Positions 1 through 9,607 of a stretch of DNA of 64,000 bases are shown here, piece by piece. Each line of letters starts with the position of its first letter. The stretch's first letter is position 1. A program made the translations under genes and the position numbers. Below the pieces are notes generated by a model. It was not told the origin of the DNA and did not search any database. It saw only the letters and a program-made list of their open reading frames with translations. The DNA is from an uncultured Chloroflexia bacterium. Its GTDB lineage: Bacteria; Chloroflexota; Limnocylindria; Limnocylindrales; CSP1-4. Where the stretch lies: positions 8,751-72,750 of the forward strand of contig CAVQVT010000014.1 in the NCBI GenBank assembly GCA_963717255.1, read 5' to 3'.

Positions 1-1
1 G

Positions 2-484
2 CAGCTCGGCGGCGTGACCGCCCTGACCGACGCCGTGGGGCGCACGAGCGACGTCACCGGGCAGGCGACACTCGCAGCCGCCGGGGACTCCGTCCAGGTG
101 ACCGCTGCGTCCTTCACGGCCGATGTCACGACGCTGAAGTCCGACAACGACCGCCGCGACGCGCGGATCCGCCAGATGGGGATCGAATCCGACAGCTACC
201 CGACGGCGGCCTTCACGCCGACCGCGCCGGTGGCCGTGCCGGTGGAGGCGCTCACCGGAGCGACCGTGCAGGTGACCCTCACGGGCGACCTGACCATCCA
301 CGGCATGACGAAGCCCGTGAGCATCCCCGCGGAGGCACGTCTGGCCGACGGCGTCGTCGAGATCGTCGGGAACCTCACCTTCCCCTTCGCCGACTTCGGG
401 ATGACGCCGCCGAGCGTGGGCGACTTCGTGAAGGTCGAGCCCGACGCGACGCTCGAGTTCCTCCTGCGACTGGCGAAGGGCTGA
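2..484 (+). CDS. YceI-like family protein, 5' end probably outside the window
   Basis: The frame is open to the window edge and no signal peptide is present. The segments LKSDNDRRDARIRQ..IESDSYPTAAF and TIHGMTKPVSIP..GNLTFPFADFGM resemble the YceI lipid-binding beta-barrel family. Confidence 0.7.
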   Translation, partial: QLGGVTALTDAVGRTSDVTGQATLAAAGDSVQVTAASFTADVTTLKSDNDRRDARIRQMGIESDSYPTAAFTPTAPVAVPVEALTGATVQVTLTGDLTIHGMTKPVSIPAEARLADGVVEIVGNLTFPFADFGMTPPSVGDFVKVEPDATLEFLLRLAKG

Positions 485-557
485 CGGCCGCGCGCGCCGC
501 CGGCGCCGGCGGCGCCCCGACCGCCGCGGCTGCGGCCCCAAGCCGTGCGGCCGCTGG

Positions 558-1613
558 CTAGGTGTGTTCCCTAGGGACGTTGTTGACAGCGTCGAGGGGT
601 GAACGTCCGCCGAGCGCCGTATGGGGTCGCCCGCGATTGTAGAAGTCGACGAAGACCGGGAGGGCCTCTTCGCGCTCCCGGTTCGTCGTGTACGGCCGGG
701 CATACGCCCACTCGTTGAGCAGGGTCTGGATGACCCGCTCGGCCTTGCCGTTGGTCTGGGGACGGTACGGCCGGGTCCGGCGTGTGGCGGATGCCGAGCC
801 CTCGCAGGCGCCGCGGCGAAGAGGCGGCTGCGTGTACGGCCAGCCGTTGTCGGTGAGGACCCGCTCGACCGTGATCCCGAGCGCGCGTAGAACGCGCCCG
901 GCGCGATCTCGAGGAAGCGCCGCCGTCGTCGCGGGCGAGCTCGTCGGGCAGCTCCTCCGACGTACGCGAGGCTGGCATGTGATCGACGACCGCGAGGTGG
1001 ACCCGGTCCCAGCCGATGCCGCGGTGACGGTCCCGGCCCTGACCGAGCGCCGGTCACGCGGTGCCCGGGCGCTCCGATCCGCCCGAGCAGCTTCGTGTCG
1101 TGATGGACGAGCGCGCCCGGGCTGGCAGCGCTCGTACCGCACACCGGCGGTCGCGGCTCAGACGATCCGAGCCGGTTGAAGCCCCGCACGGCCGGAGGAA
1201 CGCGTAGACCGTCGAGCGGCGGCAGCCCCGTCTCCCAGCCGAGGACGTGGGGGCCGACCGCGCAGCGCACGGCGGCGAGCGCAGACCGCCTCCACGAGCG
1301 CGACCGGGTGCGCACGCGCCTGGCGGTGGACGGCGCTCGCTCCGGTCGACGAGGCCCGCCTCGCCCTCGCGTCGGTAGCGGCCGCACCCACTTCGAGCCG
1401 TCTGGCGGCTGACACCGGCTGCTCCGCGGCGCGGGTGATCGGCCAGCCCGATGCGACGCGCATCGACGAGGAGTCTGCCGACGCAGACGGGCGTCAGGCG
1501 CGGCACTAGGATGGGCCAGCGAGGGTCCCTTCTTCGACTGTGGCTTCAGACACCGCCAACCGAACGATAGGGGCTCTCGGCCCGTCAACAACCTGATTGG
1601 GAACTAGAGCTAG
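558..1613 (-). mobile_element. IS481-family insertion sequence with a multiply frameshifted (decayed) transposase
   Basis: The HTH-like N-terminus (GVSRQTA..RYRREGEAGLVDRS, ORF 1054..1506) and the rve/DDE C-terminus (LTDNGWPY..RPYRPQTNGKAERVIQTLLNEWAY..YNRGRPHTALGG, ORF 558..1142) lie in different minus-strand frames. Imperfect ~30-bp terminal inverted repeats are present: CTAGGTGTGTTCCC..GTTGTTGAC at 558-587 and GTCAACAAC..GGGAACTAGAGCTAG at 1584-1613. Confidence 0.7.
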
Positions 1614-3334
1614 GCGGCCGCGGCCGCTCTCTCCGGTCCCCGCTCGACGTCTGGCTCGCCCGGCGCCACCGCGGTCACGGCCCGCCCCGGCAGCTTCCGC
1701 GTGAACCAGAACGCCAGGATCGCGAAGAGCGCCGCCGCACCGAGCGCGTTGCGGAGCCCGTCGAGCAGCGCGTCGCCGTAGTCGGCGGCCACCACGCTCG
1801 CGTCGGCTGCCGGCAGGCCCGCCTCGACGAGGAGCGACTCCGCCTGCTCGACGGTCACCACCGGGAGCGGCTTCGACTCGGCCGCCTGGGTGAGCGCCGC
1901 CTGGACGTCCGCCGGGATCGCCGGGTTCGTCTCGATCCGGTCCACGAACCCGTTCGTGAGGCCGATGAGCAGGATCGAGCCGATGAGCGCGGTGCCGAGG
2001 GACGCGCCGAGGTTCTGCGCCGTGCCCTGGAGCCCGCCCGCCTCGTTCGTCTGCGCCGGGGCGACGGACGACATGATCACGTTGCCCAGCTGTGACGCGA
2101 GGAGGCCGGCCCCGACGCCGTAGACGGCGAGACCGAACGCGAACCCGAGCGAGTTGAGCTCGACGTCAATCGTCGCGAGCAGGATCAGCGCCCCGGCCGA
2201 GAGGGCCGCCAGGCCGGCCTGCGCGACGCGCTTCGGCGAACGCTTCGCGGCCGCCCGCGGCCCGGCGAGCGCCGCGACGAGCATCATCGCGGACATCGGG
2301 ATGAGCCGCTTCCCGGTCTCGAACGCGTCGAGGCCCAGGACGACCTGCAGGTAGACGGGCAGGACGAAGAAGGTCCCGAGCAGGACGAGCTGCTGCATGC
2401 CGAGCGTCATCAGGCCGGCCCTGAGCGTCTCGATCCTGAGCATCGCGAGGTCGAGCAGCGCGTCGAGACCCAGTCGCCGCCGTCGCTCCTCCCACGCCAC
2501 GAAGGCCCAGAGCAGGCCCAGCCCGGCGAGGATGAGGAACGGCACGACCGAGAAGCCGAGCGGCGTGATCTCCTGCCCGCCGATCGTCGGCGCCGCGAGC
2601 GGCTGCACCCAGCCCCAGGTGCTGCTCATGAGGATCGCGAAGACGATCAGGCCCAGGCCCGAGGCGGAGAAGGCCGCACCGACCACGTCGAGCTGCGGCG
2701 TCCGGGCCGGCTTCGGGCTGGGCCGCATCCGCTTCCGGAAGAGGAGGATGACCGCCACGATGACGACCTCGCCGATGAAGACGAGGCGCCACGTGAAGGT
2801 GGTCGTCACCCAGCCGCCGATGAGCGGTCCGGCGGCGACCGCCGCGGCCGCGACGCCGCCGATGATCCCGTACGCGAGGGCCCGCTGCTTCCCCTCGTAG
2901 TTCGCCGCGATGAGCGCCGCGATGGCAGGCACGACCAGGACGGCGCCCAGCCCCTCGACGAGCGACCAGCCGAAGAGGAGGACGGCCAGGTTGGGGCTGA
3001 TCGCCGTGATCGCCGACCCGGTCGCGTAGACGACCAGGCCGATGGCGAAGGTCCGGTCGCGTCCCCAGATGTCGCCCAGCTTGGCGCCGACGAGCATGAA
3101 CGCCGCCATCACGAGCGTGTACAGCGTGATCGCCGTCTGCACCCCCTGCACGGTCGTGCCCAGGTCGGCGCAGATCTGGGAGATCGAGACGTTCATCACG
3201 CTGCTGTCGAGCACCATGACGAACTGGGCGGAGGCCAGGATGGCCACCGCTACCCACGATGCGGTGCGTGCCGACGGCGCGGCGGCTGCGCCGCCGGTCC
3301 CCGCGGGTTCGGAGGTCGCGGGCGTGTCGCTCAT
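1610..3334 (-). CDS. MFS transporter, DHA2 (EmrB/QacA-like, 14-TMS type) drug/proton antiporter family
   Basis: 574-aa ORF with many hydrophobic helices. The N-terminal MFS signature region is MVLDSSVMNVSI..LGDIWGRDRTF..GLGAVLVVPAIAALI. The stop codon lies inside the IS right inverted repeat. Confidence 0.85.
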   Translation of the reverse strand: MSDTPATSEPAGTGGAAAAPSARTASWVAVAILASAQFVMVLDSSVMNVSISQICADLGTTVQGVQTAITLYTLVMAAFMLVGAKLGDIWGRDRTFAIGLVVYATGSAITAISPNLAVLLFGWSLVEGLGAVLVVPAIAALIAANYEGKQRALAYGIIGGVAAAAVAAGPLIGGWVTTTFTWRLVFIGEVVIVAVILLFRKRMRPSPKPARTPQLDVVGAAFSASGLGLIVFAILMSSTWGWVQPLAAPTIGGQEITPLGFSVVPFLILAGLGLLWAFVAWEERRRRLGLDALLDLAMLRIETLRAGLMTLGMQQLVLLGTFFVLPVYLQVVLGLDAFETGKRLIPMSAMMLVAALAGPRAAAKRSPKRVAQAGLAALSAGALILLATIDVELNSLGFAFGLAVYGVGAGLLASQLGNVIMSSVAPAQTNEAGGLQGTAQNLGASLGTALIGSILLIGLTNGFVDRIETNPAIPADVQAALTQAAESKPLPVVTVEQAESLLVEAGLPAADASVVAADYGDALLDGLRNALGAAALFAILAFWFTRKLPGRAVTAVAPGEPDVERGPERAAAAA

Positions 3335-3388
3335 GCGTTGCAGCGTACCTCGCGCGCAAGGGCGGAAGTCGGCCGGCGGGACGCCGGA

Positions 3389-4477
3389 TCAGCGGCGGCC
3401 GGCCGGGGCGGCCAACGCGGCCGCCTTCGGGTCGCCGAGCGCCTGCCGGAAGAACGCGAGGAGGCGCGCCTCGTAGTCGTCGGGTCGAAGCAGCATCCCC
3501 TGCGTGTGCTCGGCGCCGGGGATGATCCACGGCTCCACGGACGTGCCCGCGGCGTACGCGGCCGCGGCGAGGTCGACGGCGTTGTGCGGGAGGACCGTCG
3601 TGTCCGAAAGGCCGTGCACGATGTCGTAGGGACGACCGGCGAGGTGGACGATCTCCGACGCCGGGTCGCGCGTTCCGAGCTCGGTCTCGCCGAGGAGGCG
3701 GCCGACGAAGACACCTGCGGGCACGACCCAGCCGGATAGCCCTCCGACTCCGTGTACTCGCTCGAGGCGACGTCGAACGAGTAGTAGCTGCTGTCGGCGA
3801 ACGTCGCCGCGACCCGCGGCTCCTCACCGGTCGCGATGGTCACCGTCCCCGCGCCGAGCGACGGCCCGAACAGGCCGATGCGGGCCGCGTCGGCGCCCTG
3901 CGCGACGAGCCAGTCCCATGCGCCGAGCACGTCGCGGTACTCCTTCGCCCCGCCGGCCCACCGTCCGTTGTCCGCATCGGAGTCGCCGTGGTTGCGCAGG
4001 TCGATCAGGAGGACGCCGAACCCGGCGCGGTGGAGCATCGCCGCGGGAAGCATCACGACGGGGTCGCGCCGGCAGCTGTCGCGGCCGTGCACGACGATGA
4101 CCGTGGGAGCGGAGACGCCGCCGGGGGCGGGGGCGTACCAGCCGCGGATCGTCAGGGACGGGTCGCGCGACGGGAACGCGACGTCCGAGTAGTCGGTGAA
4201 GCGGTACGGCGCGGTGTCGACCACGAGGCTGTGATCGCCGTCGTACGCCGTGAAGTCGGCGGGCGTCTGCGTCGCGAACTCACGAGAGGCGCAACGGGCG
4301 TGGACCGTCGAGAGGTGGTCGTACGCGAACCAGCCGGCCACGAGCCAGACGGTCCGACCGCGACGCGACGACGGAGACCGCGACGGTGGCCGCGATCGCG
4401 ATCCACCGGCGGCGGAGCCGGCCGCGGGGCGCACCTCCCGCGGCGGGTGTTCCGGGACCGGCCGAAGCGCTCCCCAT
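3389..4477 (-). pseudogene. alpha/beta-hydrolase (dienelactone hydrolase / prolyl oligopeptidase-like), needs about 2 frame corrections
   Basis: ATG at 4477 is preceded by GGGGAGGG. The N-terminal TM segment (WIAIAATVAVSVV) is in one frame. The core is in the 3331..4434 ORF (VIVVHGRDS..LIDLRNHGDS..GPSLGAG nucleophile elbow). The C-terminus is in ORF 3389..3724 (..IIPGAEHTQG catalytic His). The frame switches near 4345 and near 3725. Confidence 0.7.
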
Positions 4478-4599
4478 GCCGAGCCCTCCCCTCTCGCGGC
4501 CGAGGATGGGGTGCCGGCAGCGGCCCGCCAGTGCCGATGGTCGCTTCGTCCGAATGCCGCGGCGTCGTCCGGGACGCGTCACCGTGGTGCGCCCATCCG

Positions 4600-4935
4600 T
4601 TGCCGCGCGATGGCGGGCTCGCACCTCCGCGATGAACTCGGCCACGAGCGACTGAAGGTGGTGGACCCCATCCCTCCGGGGTCCCTGGCGCCGCGTCGTG
4701 CCACTCGAAGATCGTGAGCTCCGGTCCGGTCGGTCCGGTCCGGTCCGAGCGGCAGGATCACGTTCGTCTGCATGTTGTCCGGGTAGAGGTTGAGCATCGT
4801 GTTGGGGAAGAGCCGGTAGTCGAGGGCGTCGGTCTCGCCCTCGGGTGAGCGCACGTGCAGCCGGTCGCGCCCTATCTCCTCGCCCGGCTTCAGGTCGCGG
4901 ATCGGCGCGGACGGCGCGAGGCCGAAGTCGGGTAC
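4600..4935 (-). pseudogene. remnant of a Rieske-type (ring-hydroxylating / GbcA-like) oxygenase alpha-subunit C-terminal domain
   Basis: The tail of the otherwise spurious ORF 4579..7263 reads DYRLFPNTMLNLYPDNMQTNVILPLGPDRT. This resembles the conserved block of SRPBCC-type oxygenase catalytic domains. No Rieske N-terminal part exists upstream, and the frame is broken at the 4721-4750 microsatellite. Confidence 0.3.
4721..4750. repeat. short pentanucleotide (CCGGT/GGTCC) tandem repeat, about 6 units with one 1-nt deletion
   Basis: Read directly from the sequence: ccggtccggtcggtccggtccggtccgagc. Confidence 0.75.
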
Positions 4936-5667
4936 CATGCGCGGATGGTCGTGGAGGCGTCGACTCCGATCGCGAGGACCGGGCGGATCGTCCGGTTCGT
5001 CCTGCTCGGGCTCTTCACGCTGTACATCGGTCACGACGCCGTCTTCCTGGCCCAGTTCGGGGCGGGACCTGCGCTCGACCGCGCCATGGCGACATCGGGC
5101 CACGGCCCGCACTGGCTCGGCTTCGGCCTTCTCGCTGTCGCAGCCGCGGCGCTGCTCGCGGCCTGGTCCGTCGACGCCCTGTCGACGCTCGTCGCGGCGG
5201 CCGCGCGGTCGCGCTCGCGGCATCGGGCGCGGCGTCCGTCGTCCACGGAGTCCGGTCGCAGGGCCGGCGCGCTCCGTTGGGACGGCTATCTGCGCGAGGT
5301 CGTGGACCTGTGGCCCCCGCTCGTCCTCGCGACGCTCGTCTCGTTCGCGGTGCTCGAGAACATCGAGCATCTCGCATCCGACGGCCACCTGCTCGGCCTC
5401 GGGGCTCTGACCGGGCCCGAGTACCCGCTCGCGATCCCGGTGCTCGTCGCGGTCACGGGGCTCGTCTCGGCGATCGGCGCGGTGGTCCGATGGCGGATCG
5501 CCGCTCTGCGCCGGGAGACGTCGTGGTCCCCCGGCCGCACCAGGGTGGTCCGTGCTCGGCGCGCCGCGCCGGTCGCGTGGCAGGCGATCGCCGCGGGATG
5601 TGCCCACCACCTCCTGCTCGTCCGGCTCGATCCGGGGAGGGCGCCGCCCGCGTTCGTCGAAGCCTGA
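4855..5667 (+). CDS. hypothetical integral membrane protein (start uncertain; ATG at 4945 is plausible)
   Basis: Several hydrophobic helices (RFVLLGLFTLYIGHDAVFLAQFG, HWLGFGLLAVAAAALLAAW, LWPPLVLATLVSFAVLENIEH, AIPVLVAVTGLVSAIGAVV). The composition is not arginine-rich junk. No family was recognised. Confidence 0.45.
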   Translation: MQPVAPYLLARLQVADRRGRREAEVGYHARMVVEASTPIARTGRIVRFVLLGLFTLYIGHDAVFLAQFGAGPALDRAMATSGHGPHWLGFGLLAVAAAALLAAWSVDALSTLVAAAARSRSRHRARRPSSTESGRRAGALRWDGYLREVVDLWPPLVLATLVSFAVLENIEHLASDGHLLGLGALTGPEYPLAIPVLVAVTGLVSAIGAVVRWRIAALRRETSWSPGRTRVVRARRAAPVAWQAIAAGCAHHLLLVRLDPGRAPPAFVEA

Positions 5668-5763
5668 CGAACGCGGGCACCAGCCCGCCTGCCCGACGTC
5701 CCCCGTCCCGCCGCGCGCGCACGCCGTTCGCGGACGGCGGGATGCACCCTGAGGAGCATCCGC

Positions 5764-6363
5764 ATGCACGCACGCCGCCCGCTCGCGGTCGCCGCGGGTC
5801 TCGCCGTCGTCGCCCTCGCAACGCTCGCGGTCGTCCCCGCCCTCGCGCACGAGGAGCAGGAGATGGCCGGCTACACCATCGAGGTCGGCTTCATCGACGA
5901 GCCGGTGTTCGTCGGCCAGCGCACCGGCCTGGAGCTCGTCGTCGCCAAGGACGATGTGGGCGTGGAGGGGCTCGAGTCGACCCTGAAGGCCCAGGTCGTC
6001 AAGGACGACGCGAGCATGGACCTGGTCCTCGCCTCGCTGGAAGGCGAGCCAGGGACGTACCACGGCACGTTCATCCCGACGGTGGCGGGTCCGTACACCT
6101 TCCACATCAGCGGCACCATCGAAGACCAGGCGATCGACAAGTCGTTCACGTCCAGCCCAGGCGGGTTCGACGAGGTCCAGGAGGTGTCGGCGGGCCAGTT
6201 CCCCGTCCAGCTCCCGTCGCAGGCCGATCTCGCTGCGCAGGCACAGAAGGGAGCGGATGCGGCCGGCCAGGCGACGATCGCACTGATCGTGGCGGCGATC
6301 GGCGTCGTCGTCGCGATCGTGGCTCTGGGACTTGCCCTCGCCGCTCGCCGACGTCCGGCCTGA
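5764..6363 (+). CDS. exported protein with a cleavable signal peptide, predicted mature N-terminal His and a C-terminal TM anchor; first gene of the copper cluster
   Basis: ATG is preceded by GAGGAG. The signal peptide is ..LAVVPALA|HEEQE. A beta-rich middle region contains GTYHGTFIPTVAGPYTFHISG. The C-terminal helix IALIVAAIGVVVAIVALGLALA is followed by RRR. The stop lies 3 nt before the CopCD start. Confidence 0.6.
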   Translation: MHARRPLAVAAGLAVVALATLAVVPALAHEEQEMAGYTIEVGFIDEPVFVGQRTGLELVVAKDDVGVEGLESTLKAQVVKDDASMDLVLASLEGEPGTYHGTFIPTVAGPYTFHISGTIEDQAIDKSFTSSPGGFDEVQEVSAGQFPVQLPSQADLAAQAQKGADAAGQATIALIVAAIGVVVAIVALGLALAARRRPA

Positions 6364-6366
6364 CCG

Positions 6367-8304
6367 ATGCCCCGTCACCTCGTCGGCCTCACCCGGGCGG
6401 CCGTCGCGACCGTCGCCATCGGACTCGCCTTCGCGGGTCCGATGGCAGGCGTCGCGGCGGCGCACGCGATGCTCGTCTCGAGCACGCCCGGCGCCGGCGA
6501 GGTCGTCCCGTCGGCACCGGCCGAGCTGCGACTCGTCTTCTCGGAGCCGGTCGATGGGCGTTACACGTCCGTGATCCTGCTCGACGCGGCGGGCCGCACG
6601 GTCCAGACGGGCGCGGCGGTCCCGAGCGCAGGCGATCCGCGTGTCGTGATCGCGTCGCTTCCGCCACTCCCCGACGGGGCGTACTCGGTCACGTGGCGGG
6701 CGCTGTCCGCCGCGGATGGGCACCTCACATCCGGGTTCCTCACCTTCGGTGTCGGCCGGACGGTCCTCGGCACGTCGTCGGTCGACGGCGCGGCTGCGGG
6801 CGGCCTGCACGCTGGCCACACCGCGGGCGAGGCCGTCCTGGAGACGCAGGCTCGGTTCCTCGCCTATCTCGGGTTCATGACCGCGCTCGGGCTGGCGGTC
6901 ATCGCGTGGCTCGTCCTCCGGCCCGTCGGCCGTCTCCGCTCGGGCCTGCCCATCGCGCAGGGCCTGGCGCTCATCGGCGCCGCCGCCGGCAGCGTGGCGA
7001 TCGGCGTCGTCGCCGGGCTCGCCCCCGGGCTCGACCCGGTCGGGTACCTCACCGCCACGCGCCCCGGCGAGATGCTCGTGCTGCGCGGCCTGCTCGGCGT
7101 CGCGGCAGGGGCGGCGGTCCTGGTCCTGGTGCGCACGAGGAGGATGGGGCAGGCCGTCTGGCTGGGAGGCATCGCCGGTGCGGCAGGCCTTGTCGTCCTC
7201 GCCCTGGGAGGCCACCTCGCGGCGTCGGCGTCTCCGGTGCCGACCGGTGTGCTGCTCGTCCACCTCGCGGCGGGTTCGGTCTGGCTGGGCGGGCTGCTGG
7301 GCGTCGCGTGGCTGATCGTCGGTGACCGTGATCCCGACCGCGCCTGGGTGCCCGAGGTCGTGTCCCGCTTCTCGGCACTGGCGCTCGTCTCGGTGGCGCT
7401 CGTCGCGCTCACGGGTGCGTATCAGGCATGGGTCGCCACCCGCGATCTCGTGGACGCGGCGCCGTACACGGTGGCGCTCTGGGCGAAGGTCGCCTTGTTC
7501 GTCTCTGCGCTCGCGGTCGGCGCGGCGAACTTCGTCGACGGCGGCAGGGCGCTCGCCCGGCTCGGCGGCCTCCGGGCACGCATGGCGATCGAAGCCATCC
7601 TTGGTGTTGCGGTCCTCGTCGCGACCGCGACGCTCGCCAGCGGCTCGCCGCCGGCGAACGGACAGCCCGTCGCGATCTCGCCCGCTGCCTCGACCACCTG
7701 CTCCCCCGGGGTCGGCCTCGCCGTCCAGCCCGGGACCGCCGGACCTGCCCGCTTCATCGTACGGCTGGCGGACGCTCCGGCCGACGCGACGGTCGAGCTC
7801 GACCTGAACAGGACCGACGCCGTTGGTGGCGGGACCAGGGTCACGCTGCGGGAGGTGGCCGGCGCCGGATCCGGGGCCTCGACGGCCGGCGGCGGCCCGG
7901 CGGGCATCCCGACGTTGGTCTGCTCGATCGGCGGCACGCCGCAGGATGGCGCGCAGGCCGGCGGCGGGACCTGGGTGGCCGACGGCGGTCTGCTCGCCGC
8001 GGAGAGCCGGTGGGACGCCACGGTCGTCGTGCGCCGGGCCGACGCGACCGAGGTGGCGCGCGCCAGATTCCCCTTCGCTCTCGACTCGACCGCGATCTCC
8101 GAGGGGCGCGCGGGACCGCCCGTGGACCCCGTGGCCGTCCTCGGTGCCGTCGGCCTGCTCCTCGCTCTGCTCGCGGTGACCTTCACCCTAGCAGGCGGCA
8201 TCCTTCCGCGGACTGAGCCCCGACTCGGGCGCGGGGCCCTGCTCGCGGGCGCGGCGGTGGCGGCCGTCCTTGGTGTCGCGCTGCTCGTGGGTCCGGCATC
8301 GTGA
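6367..8304 (+). CDS. copper resistance CopC-CopD fusion protein (YcnJ-like)
   Basis: Signal peptide followed by the CopC fold, HAMLVSSTPGAG..LRLVFSEPV..YSVTWRALSAADGH. A multi-helix CopD-type membrane region follows, then an extra C-terminal domain and a final TM helix. Confidence 0.85.
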   Translation: MPRHLVGLTRAAVATVAIGLAFAGPMAGVAAAHAMLVSSTPGAGEVVPSAPAELRLVFSEPVDGRYTSVILLDAAGRTVQTGAAVPSAGDPRVVIASLPPLPDGAYSVTWRALSAADGHLTSGFLTFGVGRTVLGTSSVDGAAAGGLHAGHTAGEAVLETQARFLAYLGFMTALGLAVIAWLVLRPVGRLRSGLPIAQGLALIGAAAGSVAIGVVAGLAPGLDPVGYLTATRPGEMLVLRGLLGVAAGAAVLVLVRTRRMGQAVWLGGIAGAAGLVVLALGGHLAASASPVPTGVLLVHLAAGSVWLGGLLGVAWLIVGDRDPDRAWVPEVVSRFSALALVSVALVALTGAYQAWVATRDLVDAAPYTVALWAKVALFVSALAVGAANFVDGGRALARLGGLRARMAIEAILGVAVLVATATLASGSPPANGQPVAISPAASTTCSPGVGLAVQPGTAGPARFIVRLADAPADATVELDLNRTDAVGGGTRVTLREVAGAGSGASTAGGGPAGIPTLVCSIGGTPQDGAQAGGGTWVADGGLLAAESRWDATVVVRRADATEVARARFPFALDSTAISEGRAGPPVDPVAVLGAVGLLLALLAVTFTLAGGILPRTEPRLGRGALLAGAAVAAVLGVALLVGPAS

Positions 8305-8912
8305 GCATCTCGTTCGTGCTCGGGGTCGAGGCGCTCGTCCTGTCGGTCGTCCTCTGGCTGGTCGCTCCGTGGGTCCGGAGGCGGCGCCCGGAACTCGGCG
8401 GAGGACTGTTCCTCGTGCGGCTCGTCGCGGCCGCGGCTGCCTTCGCCTTCATGATCAACGCGCTCACGACGGACCGACCGCCAGGCTCGGGCCTGTCGAA
8501 CCCGGTGCAGGCGACCGTCGACTCGGTGACGGCCGGTGCGGCGCTCTACCAGGCTTCCTGCGCCGTGTGCCACGGAGCCGATGCCCGGGGGGGCGGTCCA
8601 GGCGCCGGGGCGACCGCCATCCCTCCGCCCGACCTGCGGAGCGGTCACCTCGTCGGCCATACGGACGGCGAGATCTTCACGTGGATCACCCGGGGACTCC
8701 CCGGCGGGATGCCGGCATGGGGGTCCGAGCTGTCGGAGACGGAGCGATGGCACCTCGTGAACTTCCTTCGGTCGATCAACGGATCGGGACCCACGCCGGC
8801 GCCGTCCGCGGCCGTCGCGTGGCCGCTCCTGCTCGCCCCAGCACTGGCGACCATCCTCGGCGCCGCGCTCGCGCCGGGCACACGCCGGAAGCGCCGGGTG
8901 GATCGCCCATGA
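8301..8912 (+). CDS. membrane-anchored c-type cytochrome
   Basis: GTGA overlap with the CopCD stop. Two N-terminal TM helices, heme motif CAVCH, and downstream GGMPAWG (Met ligand region). Confidence 0.75.
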   Translation: MSISFVLGVEALVLSVVLWLVAPWVRRRRPELGGGLFLVRLVAAAAAFAFMINALTTDRPPGSGLSNPVQATVDSVTAGAALYQASCAVCHGADARGGGPGAGATAIPPPDLRSGHLVGHTDGEIFTWITRGLPGGMPAWGSELSETERWHLVNFLRSINGSGPTPAPSAAVAWPLLLAPALATILGAALAPGTRRKRRVDRP

Positions 8913-9607
8913 GAGCCGGGTCGCGGCACCGGCCGCGCCCGCAGGCGGTCGGGTTGCTCGTGGTCGGCCTGACGCTCGCCCTCGTCGGCGGCGGATGCGC
9001 GCGGCAGGCGGTGTCAACGGCCGGACTGCCGAGCGAGGCGCCGGCCGCCATGACGACCGTCCCCATCCCGTCGGGGGACTTCGGGCTCCCATCCGGCACG
9101 GCGCGGCTCGGCCAGCGTGTGACCCGCGTCGACCCGCCCGTCGCCGCACCGCCGCTGGTCATGCCCGACACGGCCGGCGGCGTGTTCGACCTCGCATCGC
9201 TCCGGGGCGCGCCCGCGCTCGTGTACTTCGGGTACACGCGCTGCCCGGACGTGTGCCCGACGACGCTGGGCGTGCTCCGGGAGGTGGCGAAGGAGCGGCC
9301 CGACGTGCGGGTCGTGTTCGTGACCGTCGATCCCGAGCGTGACACGGCGGGCGCACTCGGCGAGTACCTCTCGTACTTCCACCAGGGCTGGATCGGGCTG
9401 TCCGGCGACGCGGCCCAGACCCGGTCCGCGGCGGACGCATGGGGCGTCCGGTACGCCCGGGTCGACTCCGGGTCGGCGTCCGGATACCTGATGGCGCACT
9501 CGGCCGAGGTCTACCTCGTGGACGCCGCGGGGGATCTCCGCTACCGGTACCCGTTCGGCACCCAGGACGAGGAGATCGTGCATGACCTGACGGCGCTCAC
9601 GGAGTGA
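8909..9607 (+). CDS. SCO1/SenC family copper chaperone / thiol-disulfide oxidoreductase (lipoprotein)
   Basis: ATGA overlap with the cytochrome c stop. Lipobox LVGGGC, motif YFGYTRCPDVCP, VDPERDT, and the conserved His in YLMAHSAEVYLVD. The annotated 445-aa ORF start at 8270 is rejected. Confidence 0.85.
   Translation: MRAGSRHRPRPQAVGLLVVGLTLALVGGGCARQAVSTAGLPSEAPAAMTTVPIPSGDFGLPSGTARLGQRVTRVDPPVAAPPLVMPDTAGGVFDLASLRGAPALVYFGYTRCPDVCPTTLGVLREVAKERPDVRVVFVTVDPERDTAGALGEYLSYFHQGWIGLSGDAAQTRSAADAWGVRYARVDSGSASGYLMAHSAEVYLVDAAGDLRYRYPFGTQDEEIVHDLTALTE

Noticed and set aside
5764-6363. Calling the first copper-cluster gene YcnI (DUF1775)
   Set aside because: Topology and operon position fit, but the sequence lacks the HV..P....G......FRVPNE-type pattern I associate with DUF1775. 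It is left as hypothetical and raised as a finding instead.
4579-7325. 894-aa (minus) and 826-aa (plus) ORFs spanning the copper cluster
   Set aside because: Same junk composition. The alternative frame gives an exported protein and a CopC-CopD fusion with textbook motifs. Only the last ~110 codons of the minus ORF look like a real (remnant) protein.
8270-9607. 445-aa ORF as the SCO1/SenC gene
   Set aside because: Its first 213 codons overlap the cytochrome c gene in another frame and are R/P/G junk. The ATG at 8909, with lipoprotein signal and ATGA coupling, is the credible start.
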